This document shows positions 1-12,280 of a stretch of 64,000 nt of DNA, in pieces (position 1 is the stretch's first letter; each line of letters starts with the position of its first letter). The DNA lies in the NCBI GenBank assembly GCA_002269645.1, contig NIVC01000540.1, positions 251,478 to 315,477 of the forward strand, in the 5' to 3' direction. The notes beneath the pieces were generated by a model. It saw only the letters and a list, made by a program, of their open reading frames with translations, searched no databases and was not told the DNA's origin. The position numbers and the translations under genes are program-made. The stretch is from Macrostomum lignano (taxonomy: Eukaryota).

Positions 1-29
1 AGCATGATCCGCACTATGGAATGGCTGTT

Positions 30-330
30 TTGATGGTATGGCCATCCAAATTTGTTATAGGCCTATGTAGCCATTTTGACATATGGCCATTTTGTTATGA
101 GGCCATTTTGCGTGTGGCCATTTTGACGTGGATTTATACTAGTGTATGTCATTACACCAAATTATGCCAAATCACATATACATATCTGCTTTGCTTAGAA
201 GTTAGGGCCTACACCACACTCAGGAAGGTTACATATAAGCCGGAATTTTCCGGCGTACCATTGAGAAGTTTGGCTATTTTGGCGTACCACTTTGGTGTAC
301 TACTTTGAGCTCAAGAAATTTTTGGCATAC
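30..330. repeat. Degenerate short-repeat arrays (GGCCATTTTG; TTTTGGCGTAC), probably the arm of a DNA transposon
   Basis: About 5 GGCCATTTTG-like units at 50-130 and TTTTGGCGTAC-like units at 245-330, recurring at 645-690. Confidence 0.4.
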
Positions 331-2648
331 CAATTTTGGTGAATAAATGGATGCGTGTATAAAAATTGTAATGTAAATTAACCCTTTTTAGTTTTTACGT
401 AAAATGAAGGAAAATTTATATAGTCTAGAAAGTCAGTTTTAAACTTTTTGCTTTTTTACAATTAATAACGAATAAAATTTGTGTAAATTATTGCTAAGAA
501 TTTAAATTTTGCATTTTTTTCTATAGGTTTAATTTAAGTTTGTTTAAAATGAAAATATTTGTAATATTTGAAAGAATTTTTGTACAAACAACCTTTTTTA
601 GAAAACTCTACTCCTGAAAACCGAATGACCTTTTTTAGGAGGAATTTTTGGCGTACATTTTAGGGACTTTTTTTGTTTTTGGCGTATACTGGCATACATT
701 TAGCTGAGATAGGATTCTTGTGTCGGCGTGCACTACTACACGATCCGAACTGTGGGGCCTACACTACATATAACAAAATATTAATCAAATCAGGATATGA
801 AAAAAGATCTTTAAAATCTATATCACTAGACAAATAGACACTTGTATTGGCAATTTAACCAGACGAATAGAAAAAAGGCTATTCATCTAGTCACCAGACA
901 AATAACAACTGCAAAAAAATTAACCTATTAAAGCCTACACTAAGGGCTTTTTCATATATTGCTTGTTCTGGTCCTAGAACCAGATCCAACAGTAAAGTAT
1001 TACTTTCTGTCACATAAAATGGATAGATTTATGTGCTGTATGCATAAAGTAAAGTTGAAATTAATAATTGAATGGCAATAGTCAACGCCAACATCAAGAA
1101 GACTGTGACCCTGTGAGAAATTGAGCTAAGTGAGGCTGTTAGTGTTAAGCAGTGAAACATTCAACAAAGTTAAATAGCTATAGGCCTACTGCTTTTTTTC
1201 TTGGAAGATACGAACCGTTTCTGGTTCTGGAATCAGTAATAGGGCCTATGAAAAGACTTATTAGTTACAGTGCTAGTACTGATGCTAGTTGCCAGCTTTG
1301 GGCTGACGTTCGAAAAGACATGTTTTCGTACTTTTAAAATATCATTTGTAGTCTGTAAAGGATATCTTTTGGAAAACATAATCAAACTTATTTGTTCAAA
1401 TTTAATGTATATAAAAATAGAAGTAAATTGTATCCTGAGAAAATAATACTAAAATAATACTATTTTGTTATACATACTCAAATTTGAAACAACTTTACTT
1501 TCTAATTTTCGTTTACACGCGTCATGCACGGGTCGTTCGCAAATTCTGGAGGAGCAAAAATTTTAACAATTTTCCGAACATTTACTATTGTTACTGCCAT
1601 ATTGAAAATAATAGGACACTTTTATCTGTGAATAAAGATAATTTTTGGGTTAAACTTTATCATGCAAAAGTGTTTTTTAATCATCTGGCGGTATTAAGCG
1701 ATAATTAGCGATGAAAAAATTCAAATTCAATCATTTCACCGATGTTAATTTTTGGTACTACAAGATGTCTGTAGCTAAAAAAAAGTTGTTGTTGTGTTGA
1801 AACCTTGCTATATTACATTTAAAATTAAAGCTTATATAAATTTAATTTAAGATTTTTTTAAAGCTCAATAAACTGCACTATAAATGATTTTATAGACGCT
1901 TAACTGTACGCCTAGCATTTCCGGTGGGATAGCCTCTTTGCGTCTCACAAAATGTATTTTTTCAGCTGACGTCTAGAATGTGCGCTTAAAATGATACATT
2001 TTGATGCAGATAATTAGAAAAACATGTCTTTTTATCTTTTTGTAAAAAATTGTTATGAAATAGAGCACTATTGTTGATAAAAATAATTAAAAGCAACCAT
2101 GCATCGCAATAAACTCCTACTTTGAAGCACAAAATAAATATCCTGTAACCACACTAGCATTCTCCATGGAGCACCTTTTGAGCTGAAATTTTACACAGAT
2201 ATCCAGTAAAGTAAACTGAGCAAATGATTTTTTTGTTTTTGAAAATACTTCAATTTGGCTATGTATCAGTTAGTACATTGGACATATTTATTATATTTTT
2301 ATTAAAATCCTTGTAACCAAGCTACAGAGAAACATGTGCAAAACTGGACCTTGAAATTTGACCTGAATGATCAGCAAATGTGTATCTCGAAATGATTTTT
2401 TTTGTTTTCATCAAGTCATTCTATGCTAATTTTTTCTGAAGGTAAAGATACCATATATTTAGAGTCAATAGGGGAAGCATTTAGACTTATTCAATAGTCA
2501 TTAAAATTGCAACTATATTATTATAATATAGTAATAATATTATACATGTATTATATAGTAATATTAACTTCTAAGATGCCCTTATAAATTTAAGTAAAGA
2601 CAACAGGCCTTAATTAATTAATCAGCATTTTGAAGAAACTGACCTTAT

Positions 2649-3328
2649 AAAATTCGTATTTTTACGCTAATAACATTTACCGAATTACGAGGTTCCGGTG
2701 TTATGCGTTTTTTTGCTATATTTCACGCTGCCATTTATTAACGATGCTACGCCAGGCCTTCAGTGTGGTGTCAATAGTTAGCATTTAAAAAGTGCTTTAA
2801 TTTGAGTGTATGTTCGCTGGCATTGCACGATGCGTTGTACACCTCAGGCCAGGTCACGTGACTTGCTGGAAATGAAATAATGACTTTGTACCTATACTAA
2901 GGATAGGTGAAGCATAAGAATGACCCATATTAGTACTTATTAGAAACATCTAGATGAATACTCTCAGAAAAAGTGACATTCACGTCTGTCAGTTGCAAAA
3001 AAAATTTTTAATTGACTCTCAAAATCGAAAAACGTGATTTTGTGCAAAAACAACCCATTTGAGCACTACATAGGGCGGAAAATATATTAATTTTCGCTAT
3101 GAGGTTCTTAGCTTCCAAGAGCACTATTGTGCCCAGTAAACACGTACAGATGACTGCCATCTTCGTTAGTGTGCGAAAATTCGTATTTTGACGCTATTAA
3201 CATTTTACCGAATTACGAGGTTCCGGTACTATGCGTTTTTTTGCTATATTTCACGCTGCCATTTATTAACTATCCTACGCCAGGCCTTCAGTGTAGTGTC
3301 AATAAATAGCATTTAGCAAGTGCTTTAA
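2649..3328 (+). repeat. Pair of ~150 bp direct repeats (2649-2800 and 3176-3328), likely TE remnant
   Basis: Both copies read AAAATTCGTATTT...ACCGAATTACGAGGTTCCGGT...GCTATATTTCACGCTGCCATTTATTAAC...GTGCTTTAA with few mismatches. Confidence 0.85.
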
Positions 3329-4821
3329 GATGACATCATGCGCATTGCGTTGCGTAAAAGTGTGGGTCCACAGTTTCGTAACAAGTTAAAATGACCTGAT
3401 TTCGCAAAAATCTTTAAAACAAAAAATACCAAATAGGTAACTAAAAAGCCTTTTGAAACTGAATAAAAAATGCACATAAAAGTGCTATTTTGTAACGTAA
3501 AAAGTCTTGCGTCCTGCAAAAATCTTCTATGGTGACTTTTTGGAGCCGTGAAGTGTAAAAACGTGCGCATTTTTAAAGCTGTTGAACTTACTTTTTGAGG
3601 TATATTTTGAAAATAGGCATTTTATAAATTGTATAACAAAATTTAATTGAAGAAAGCAATAAGGTAAAATAGAATTCGAAATTATTTAATTTTGAAATAA
3701 TTAAACTGTACATTTCAGTCGTTCTGTTCCTTATAATTTCTACAAAAATTTAAATTTAAATCGGTTATGTTAACAGTAGTTTATTGCTGTAGGACAAATT
3801 TGACCCCAAATTTTCAAAGCAACTTATCTAAGCAAACGCTATCTAAATCTGAAATATTTTCAAGCTTCAATCTGTAGCTATAATATTCGGTTTTGTTACG
3901 CTATTTATTCGTATCCTACTACATTATATATAATTATTGTACAATATATTATATTCTACAAGTACAAGTTTTAATTGTAATATATTCAATTGTTATCAGT
4001 TTTACACTGTAAGTGTAAGCTTCAAATTTTATTTGAAATATAACTGAAGTATAGTACTTTAATATTATTTTATAGCTAATTAATTGTATTCTGCCAAATA
4101 TTTACGTTTTTTTTCTCTGCTTTGCTTTTTGCTCCATATTTTTATAAATTATAGTCATATTTACATATATCTTTTAAAAGTACTCATCCTTTCACATTTT
4201 ATTTTGTAGTTATCAGTCAAATTTAACTTGAATTTTCCTTTTGTTTGCATAATTTTGACTTAAGACTTTAGTTTTGAAGTAAGTATTCTTTTTATTTCTT
4301 CATATGTTTAGCATAGTACAAATATCTGTAGTACTCTGCTTAATGGTAGAAGTTTGTGGACACTTTTTATAAATTCTGCTCAATTTATTATAAATTTAGC
4401 ATTTTTGCTAGACAATATATACATGCCAATGCTCCTTATATCAAGCAATGCTTGAAAGTGCTAGACACTTAGTTTATGGTGAATTTTTACCAAGGGATGT
4501 TTTTTTGCTGATATAGAATTCCTAGAAGCATGTACAAAAACATGGAATATGCCTGAAAAAACTCTAGAAAATATGCACTAAATCCAAGAAAAAATGTTGA
4601 AAGCACAAAAACTACATGGCACACACCGCCTATATGCCAGTATATTATGCTGCAGCATATTAATCCACAATCCAGTAGCAGTGCTAGTGTTCGTAGTTTA
4701 ACTAAATTTGCCACCAGAAAAGAGTTGAGTTAACTTGGTAAAGAGTAGCATGTTTTCTGTGTTTAGCTAATTAGTTTCTTTATCATTCTGAAATATTTAC
4801 TAACATGTTTATTTAGACAGG

Positions 4822-4900
4822 ATGGGCAACGACAAAAACAGCATCAAGGACAACACTAGCATTAACAAGGATACAAGTGCTTCTTCTGTTGCTGCCAATA
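4822..4900 (+). CDS. RepHel predicted coding exon 1 (MGNDKNSIKDNTSINKDTSASSVAAN)
   Basis: Acceptor TTTAGACAG just upstream, ATG at 4822, donor GTAAGT at 4901; 79 nt in phase 1 fits exon 2. Confidence 0.55.
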
Positions 4901-5119
4901 GTAAGTTTTGTACATTTGTTGCAACTTGCAGGTGATAGGTGCTACTTTCAGGAATAGTTTCAAAGCAATCCTACCTTTATTATTAATATTCACACCTTAG
5001 GAAACCAGCTTTTACTAGCATTCTTGGCTGCCCATTTGGGCAACAGACAAACTAAAAAGTTCCTGCACTACACAATTTATTTACCAAACAATAAATCTCA
5101 ATTGTTCACACTATAACTC

Positions 5120-5408
5120 ACACTGAATAGTTCACAGGTAATTCTGTAAAAAAGTGTTTTTCAGATGTCTAAAAATGTGAATTTTTCAAACTCTTAACTG
5201 ACGCAGCTCAAATCAATAGTTCACACTCAATAGTTTAGATTGAATAGTTTCGCCTGAATAGTTTTGACAGACAGAATAATTTCAACTGAATAGTTACAAC
5301 TGAATAGTTTAGACTTAATAATCTTGACTGAGTAGTTTTGACTGAATAGTGTGAACTCAATAGTTTCGACTGAGTAGTTTCGACTGAATAGTTTCGACAA
5401 AGGGAATA
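5120..5408. repeat. Degenerate 14-bp tandem array (TCGACTGAATAGTT) in RepHel intron 1
   Basis: About 14 ACTGAATAGTT-like units, mostly at 5210-5398. Confidence 0.85.
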
Positions 5409-5679
5409 AATTCAATTGGAATCTGACCTTGTTTGACAGATCATTAAAATAATTATAGAAACTCTATTTTCGAATGTTTAACACCCTTAGAATTTGAGCA
5501 GATTTAAGAAATTTTGACCACTGTATAATCAGTGCAAAATCTGCAATAGTTTAGAAAAAACGCTATCAAAATTGATCAAGAATGGCACGCTCTAGAGCGA
5601 AATAGATGGACAGACATATATATATATATATATATATAGGTAGATTTATAAATTTCTTTTTTACTGTGACTTTAAACAG

Positions 5680-6051
5680 GTGCGAAAAAGTGCGGACGGC
5701 CGAAGAAGAAAAACTGGAGCCGCTCCAAGAATAATATTAAAGTTGCTGCTGTCGGTGATTTAACTGCTGGCGAAGAACAGATTCAAGAGCCAGATGTACA
5801 ACCGGAAGCTGCTGCTGCCTCTTCTATTGCCGCTGCTGGGACTAAAGCTGGTGCTTCTGCTGATGCTGCTGCTAAAACTGAGTCTGTGATTAAGCTGGAC
5901 GAGGCTGGTCTGGCTGCCCTGCTAGCTGAACATGATGCTGCTCTGGCCGACGCTCTGGCTGCTTCGGAATACCCCGTGGTCGAAGGTGATGCTGAAGTGC
6001 CCAATTCTGGTGCTGCTTACAATGAGCAACTTATAGGCTACTTGAGTGCTG
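5680..6051 (+). CDS. RepHel predicted coding exon 2 (AT-hook-like KKCGRPKKK, then an Ala/Glu-rich linker)
   Basis: Acceptor TTTAAACAG, donor GTGAGA at 6052; 372 nt open in a phase 1/phase 1 frame that joins exon 3 in frame. Confidence 0.75.
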
Positions 6052-6236
6052 GTGAGAGTTTTATTTTTTATTGAATTTCTATGCATAGTACAAGTTAATT
6101 TTCTTTCTTACATCTGACTTTGCTTGCGAATATTGAAAATTAGATTTTAGTGTTTACGACTTGTGCAAAATACAATTAATGCTCAATTCCTTAAAATTAT
6201 CATACCTCACTGTTTAAGAGTTGTATTCTTTTACAG

Positions 6237-9200
6237 ATGAAACAGGTGCTACTGCAATGGATTTTGCCGAAGGTCATGTAACTGCTGCTGTACAAGTCCA
6301 ACCTGTATGGGTTCCTTTTTCTTCGTGTCGCGTTGAGAATGTACGAGGTGACGGCAACTGTTTTTTCACGGCCATATTGAGACAATTACAAGAACTGCCA
6401 GGTTTTTCCGCCTATCAATCGCTAAGCGTAGAAGATTTTCGAGATGCGGTTGCTGCAGAATTCGAGCAATGGGTGCATCGCGATGTCAATAATCAGGAAA
6501 GAATTATGCAAACAGGACTGAATTGGGAAAAAGTGCGCGACGATACAAGGCGTCCCCGTATGTACGTGCCATGCGGAGTTCCAGAACTAATTGGTGAACT
6601 GTTGCGGCTAGAAGTGTTTATTTATCAGTCAAACATGCTTAATCTAGCGCGGCCTGGCCATTATTCCCGACCGAATATTGGAGAACGTTTGGCTACTATT
6701 CGATTGTTGTTTAATCCTGGTAGTCAACACTACGAAATCGTTCGTGTCAATGATTTGGAAGTTAATGAAGCAAGCTCAGTTCGGCCGACTGGCCAAGGAG
6801 ATTTGAGCGCCAAGAATGTGGAAATGCCCCCTCTCAACGAGAATGTTCATGTTGTCGAAGATCCTGTTGTAATGATGCCACCTCCAGCTCCACCAATGAC
6901 GCCTTTTGAAAAGGTTGCAGACTGGACCCGAGTTCAAAGTAGGCATTGGAAGGGACGTTGTAGAAATCAAGCAAAGTCCTTGGAAAATAATACGAGTTTG
7001 TTTGCGCATCCGAATTCATATGAAGTGCTTCGGGATCGGAACAACTCTGTCTGGAATTGGAATGTCGATCTTGACGCGGAGGATAGCGCAGAGTCAGTTG
7101 AAATTGAGCATGTGTCAGAGTCAGTTAAAAGTGATCGTGTGTCAGAGTCCGTGCCATCAAATGTTCCGCGGCGCAGTCGGCGTAAAAAGGATGTTGGGAA
7201 GGCAAGTTGCGCTACGCGTCGGAGTAGTCGACTGAGCGCTAAAGCAAACACATTAGAGTCTGTGTCTGTTGCAGCCTCTAGTGTATCTGGTCAGAGCTTA
7301 TTGAGAAGAAGCAGTCGCACTCGGAGAGCACCATGTTGCAGTTGCATCGGTTGTGGCGACTCAGTTTCGGCGGTTTCAAGCGTTTCTTGCCATTTGGAAA
7401 AAGGAAGAGGTCGAGAAAAGAAGAGCGACGTTGTACCAAGTGCTCCTACTCGTCGCAGCGAGCGTTTGAAAAACCAGCAGCAAGTGGTCAACTATGCAAA
7501 TTCTTTACCACGGAAACAGAGATTGACAAACGCAGAAAATCATATCTGCGAACCCGTTCGATCGTCGCCTAGGAAGACGGCACCTTTGCAGCAGGAGCAG
7601 CAAGATAAACGTCAGTCTGATAATATTCCAGCTACTTCTACGTATTCATCACCACGAAAGACACGTGCTACTCAGGAGAAGCCTGATGAAGCGATCCGTT
7701 CGTCACCCAGAAAGCGGCCTACAATGGAGCAGCAGCCAGCTAAAGAAAATGTTCCGCAGAGCAGCACTTCAGAAGAGAGCGCTCAAGATGCTCCAATTGT
7801 TGAAGATGAAATCGGAGATCCTAATCTGCCAAAGTGCCTTCGCAATCCGTTCACAGACCAGTTCAAAAAGATGAGGCAAGACTTTTTCAATGAAAACATA
7901 ACAAAAGTATCACATTTGAAACAGTGCTACGTGTGTAGGGAAAAGTTTCCTGGAAAATATTTTAGCATCGATTCTGAAGACATGTGCGATCGTTGTTTCA
8001 GAGATGACAATGAGCCGAAATCGTTTAGCCAAGAAAACAATGCGATTCCGATGTTGGAGCAGCCAGAAGATTTGCAAGATTTGAGTGTAGCAGAGCAAAT
8101 GTTGATTTCGCCAGTTTTGTCGGTTATTGTTGTGGTACAAATTTTTCCCCAAAAGCAAACAAAATCGAGAGGACACGGAATCATGTTGCCTCAAGATCAG
8201 TCGCACGTTTTGCGAGAGCTGCCAAGACGATCTCTGCCAGTTGTTTTAATGTACGACGAAAGAGCCCGTGTTCAGCCTGGAGAAGCGCAAAGCGGCACAA
8301 TGAACAATTTGCGAGTTCGACGCGACAAAGTGACTAATGCGATGCGCTATTTAATGGCAAACAACAAGTACTTTAGACAGTATCAGGTTTCAATGAATAA
8401 TGATGCGTTGCTACATCTGCCTGAAGATGGTTATGCTCATCAAGTAGAAGGTATGATTGTCGAAATGCAGTCTGACAATGAAGTGAATTTCGAGGCGGCA
8501 CAGCAAGAAGGCGGCTCAGCCAGAGCTGAGCGATTGCAGCAACAAGTAGAAAAAAATGCGGACGAGACGAACGAGCTCGAGGAAACAATTAGTTCGCTGT
8601 TGGAGACTCCTTTGCGTCGATTGGAATCGGCAGTACGAGACAAATTTTTGAGTGAAAAATTGAAATGGCCAGCAAGAAGCAACGAGCCGGTAAACGAATT
8701 TCAGGATGAAGGATATTTTACATTGGCTTATCCTCATCTCTTTCCGGATGGAGCAGGAGATTATAGTACGCCACGTAATTTTGGACTAAGTTTGGGCGAC
8801 TATGCAAAGCATTTGATGCAATTCCGGTGTCCAAGATTTCGTACCGATTTGCGGTTTAAATTTTACATTGAAAATATGGTGATGCGTTGGAGGGCGCTGG
8901 AAGTTGGTCGCGTGTTTGTACACGACAACAAGTATGCTGGATTAAGTGCCAAGGAAATGATTGAAGCACTAAATGACCCGGCAGTATTGGCTAGCGTGTC
9001 AGTTCGAGCATCAGATTTGCGAGGCACAAGCGCTTATTGGCAGAGTAAAGGACGGCAATTGGAAGCCATGATTCGAACGCTTGGTGTTCCTCATTTTTTC
9101 GTGACACTATCGGCAGCAGATGTACATTGGCCAGAGTTGCAGCATGCCTGGGGAATCGATGCAGAGCAATATGAAAGCAATGTAGAACTAAGAGCAGAAA

Positions 9201-12200
9201 TGTTGTCAAAGTTGCAAAAAGATCCCGGAATGGCAGACACTGTGTTTTGGTTGCGATTTGAAACATGTTTGAAACGTTTTTTGGTCGAGCACTGGAAAGT
9301 AAACGATTATTGGTTTCGCATAGAATATCAGAGTCGCGGAAGTCCACACGTTCACGGTTGCATTTGGATGCCAGATGGTGTTGATGTGACATCGAATACA
9401 TTGAATGCAGAAGAATTGACGAGCTTTGTTGACAAGTACATCTGTAGTTGGAATTTGGCCATGGACGAATCGGATTATGGAAATCAAGTTTTGAATGGCA
9501 GTTTAGCAGGTCAAGGTCATCCAGCTCAACTGAAACCGGAAGAGATTGAAAATGACAAGCAAGATTTGCAGTTAATTTCGCATTTGACAGAGAGGCACAC
9601 TATTTGCAGTAAAAAGTGCTTGCGAACAGTAAAAGGCAAACAAGAGTGCCGATTCAAGTATCCGCGCGAGCCGCAGGAAAAGACTGTTGCAAAGCGAGTA
9701 TCCCGTTTAAATTGGCAAGTTGAGACGCAGCGCAACGACGAGCGAATGATTTCTCACAGTCCGCAGTTGCTGTGCATGTGGAGAGCCAATGTCGATGTTC
9801 AAATGATTTCGTCCGTGAAGAATTTGATTCGCTATTTGATCAAGTATGCGACAAAAAGCGAAAAGGAGTCGGATTATATGGCGGAGCTGACAAAGCGTCT
9901 TCATAAGGAGTTGGAAGATAATGCAGAACAGAATGCCGATAACAATTTTCAGCGTAGCAACACTGCAAGGCGTGTTGTACAACAACACTTGATGGCGCAA
10001 GTTGGAGCGCGTGATTATTCGGCGCAAGAGGCAATGCATTTGCTATTGCAGACGTCAATGTACAAGGGTTCGCGAGAATTTGTTTTTGTTCAGACTGGCG
10101 AAACCCGCGCAGTGGAGGAAAAGGGTGTTTGCAGGAATAGTTGCGACAAGTATTCAAAGCGTGCAAAGAATTTGGAAAATGTAACAATGTTTCGTTTCTT
10201 TTCCGACTACTGTCTCAGCCCTAATGGGAGGTGCACAAAAAGGCCGAAACAAGTAGTTTTGCTAATCAGTCCATTTTTTCGACCGAATGAGCAATCAGAC
10301 GAAAGACGCGAAGGCTATTATCGGCAGCAGGTTTTGTTGTACAGTTGTTGGCGAAATGAGCGAGAAGCCAAAGGTTTGCACACAAGCTGGCAGCAAGCGT
10401 ACGAAGCCATGCCTGCTGAGAATCGATGCGAGCTGCAGCTGCCCAATTTGGACGATTTGCGCAACGACGAAGCTGACGAAGAAGTCGAAGCAGTTGCGGA
10501 GCTACCCGAAATGACCAACGCAAATGCGCAATCTGCTGCTCAGCCAACTTATGAGCACGAAGAGCAAGAAGATTGGATGGTTGCAGTGGGGGCACTTCAT
10601 CGCGAGAGAAATCTATTGGCCTGTCCAGAAGATCAATTGCCAAAGCCGCCAGAAAATTTTGACTGGAGCGCAGCTAGTGGCGGCCAGTTTCCAACGGTTG
10701 GAGAAGCAAAGGCGTTTTTAAGTAGCGACCTAAAACTTGGCGCAAGAGAGGTCGCTGACATGCCGATAAACAGTGTTGAATCGCTTAATGTTCGGCAGCG
10801 AGAAATGTACAACCTAATTGAAAGTCATTTGCAGCTTTCAAGACTAGCCGAAGAAAACCAAGGCGAAAAGCCGGAGCCTCTCAAAGCAATTTTGTATGGT
10901 AGCGCTGGAACTGGAAAAAGCTACTTGATTTCTACATTGCGTCGGTTGATTGGAGAATCAAGATGCAGAATTATGGCATCAACAGGCGTAGCCGCTTTCA
11001 ATATTGCAGGCGAAACTTTGCACTCGGCTTTGAAATTGAATGTAAATTTTAGTGCTGGTGTTGGCAAGAAATCCCTAATGGAGATGCAAGAGCAGTGGAA
11101 AGATGTGCGCTACATTTTTATTGACGAATTTAGCATGCTTGGCCAAAGGTTACTCCGTAAGGTGGATGCTCGTTTGCGCGAATTGTTTCCAGAACACAGT
11201 AAACAGAGTTTTGGTGGTCGATCTGTAATCCTAATTGGCGACGTGTTTCAATTGCCTCCAGTTTTGGACACGCAACTGTACGTTTACAATCCAAATCAAA
11301 AGAAGCACGATATATTGAAATCTGAAGGCTATAAATTGTACATGGAGTTCAAAAAGGTTGTGCATCTGACAGAACAAGTCCGACAAGCAAACGATACGGA
11401 ATTCGCCCAGTTGTTGGATAAACTTCGCGAAGGCAAGGCCGACGAAGCCTGCTGGAATTCGTTGATGAACAATTGTCGCGTCTATGCTCCCGACCTTTTG
11501 CCTGAAGGTTTCCAAAGCGGGTGTACATTTTTATATCACACTAACGAGGATGTGAGAAATCGCAACTACATGCTATTGGGAAAGATGGTTTCCGAATTGA
11601 ATCCTGTGCGGCAAATTAACGCAATTTGTAAAGGAGACGAAGCAAAATTGTGTGGCAAAAAGAAGGAACATAAAAAATCGGATACGAATCTGGAGAAGCG
11701 ACTCTATTTGTGTATTGGTGCTCGAGTAATGCTAACTAGAAATCTGTCAGTACGCAATGGACTTGTGAATGGATCAGTTGGAACTGTACGAGGAATTTGC
11801 TACGCTCCTGGAAGGCAATCACCAAAGGATTGGCCAGATTGTATTTGGGTTGAATTTGACAATTATTCTGGCCCAGCAATGGGGGCAATTGTACAAGATA
11901 ATCGTGCAATTCGTGTAGTGCCAATTCTGTCAGTAACGAATGAAAAGTTTAAAGGAGGAGCCCAATTGTCGCGTCAACAATTTCCACTACGATTGGCTTG
12001 GGCTAGTACGATTCACAAGAGCCAAGGACTTACAATTCCAAAAGCGTACGTGGCGTTTAGCAAAGGAGGCGCCAGGAAAGCTATTCCAGCTGGATTATTT
12101 TATACTGCGGTGAGTAGAGTTCGTGCATTTGCAGATTTGCGAGTATCAAGTTGCGATTACAACAATTTCGTGAGCCTTTTTTCTGCACAAAAAGTGCAGA

Positions 12201-12265
12201 CGCAGTTGCATGAGCAAAAGCGTTTGCTGAGAATGTGCTCATCCGCGAATTCTGATAGCCGCTAA
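6237..12265 (+). CDS. Helitron RepHel main exon: OTU cysteine protease, basic SPRK region, C2C2 Zn finger, HUH/Y2 Rep, Pif1 (SF1B) helicase
   Basis: OTU GDGNCFF...QHY (~6330-6745); CYVC...CDRC (~7926-7995); Rep motifs HFFVTLS, PHVH, YLIKYATK; Walker A GSAGTGKS; IDEFSM; GDVFQLPPV; TIHKSQGLT; YTAVSRVR. Acceptor TTTTACAG at 6236. Confidence 0.95.
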
Positions 12266-12280
12266 CTTGCTATTCTAAAG

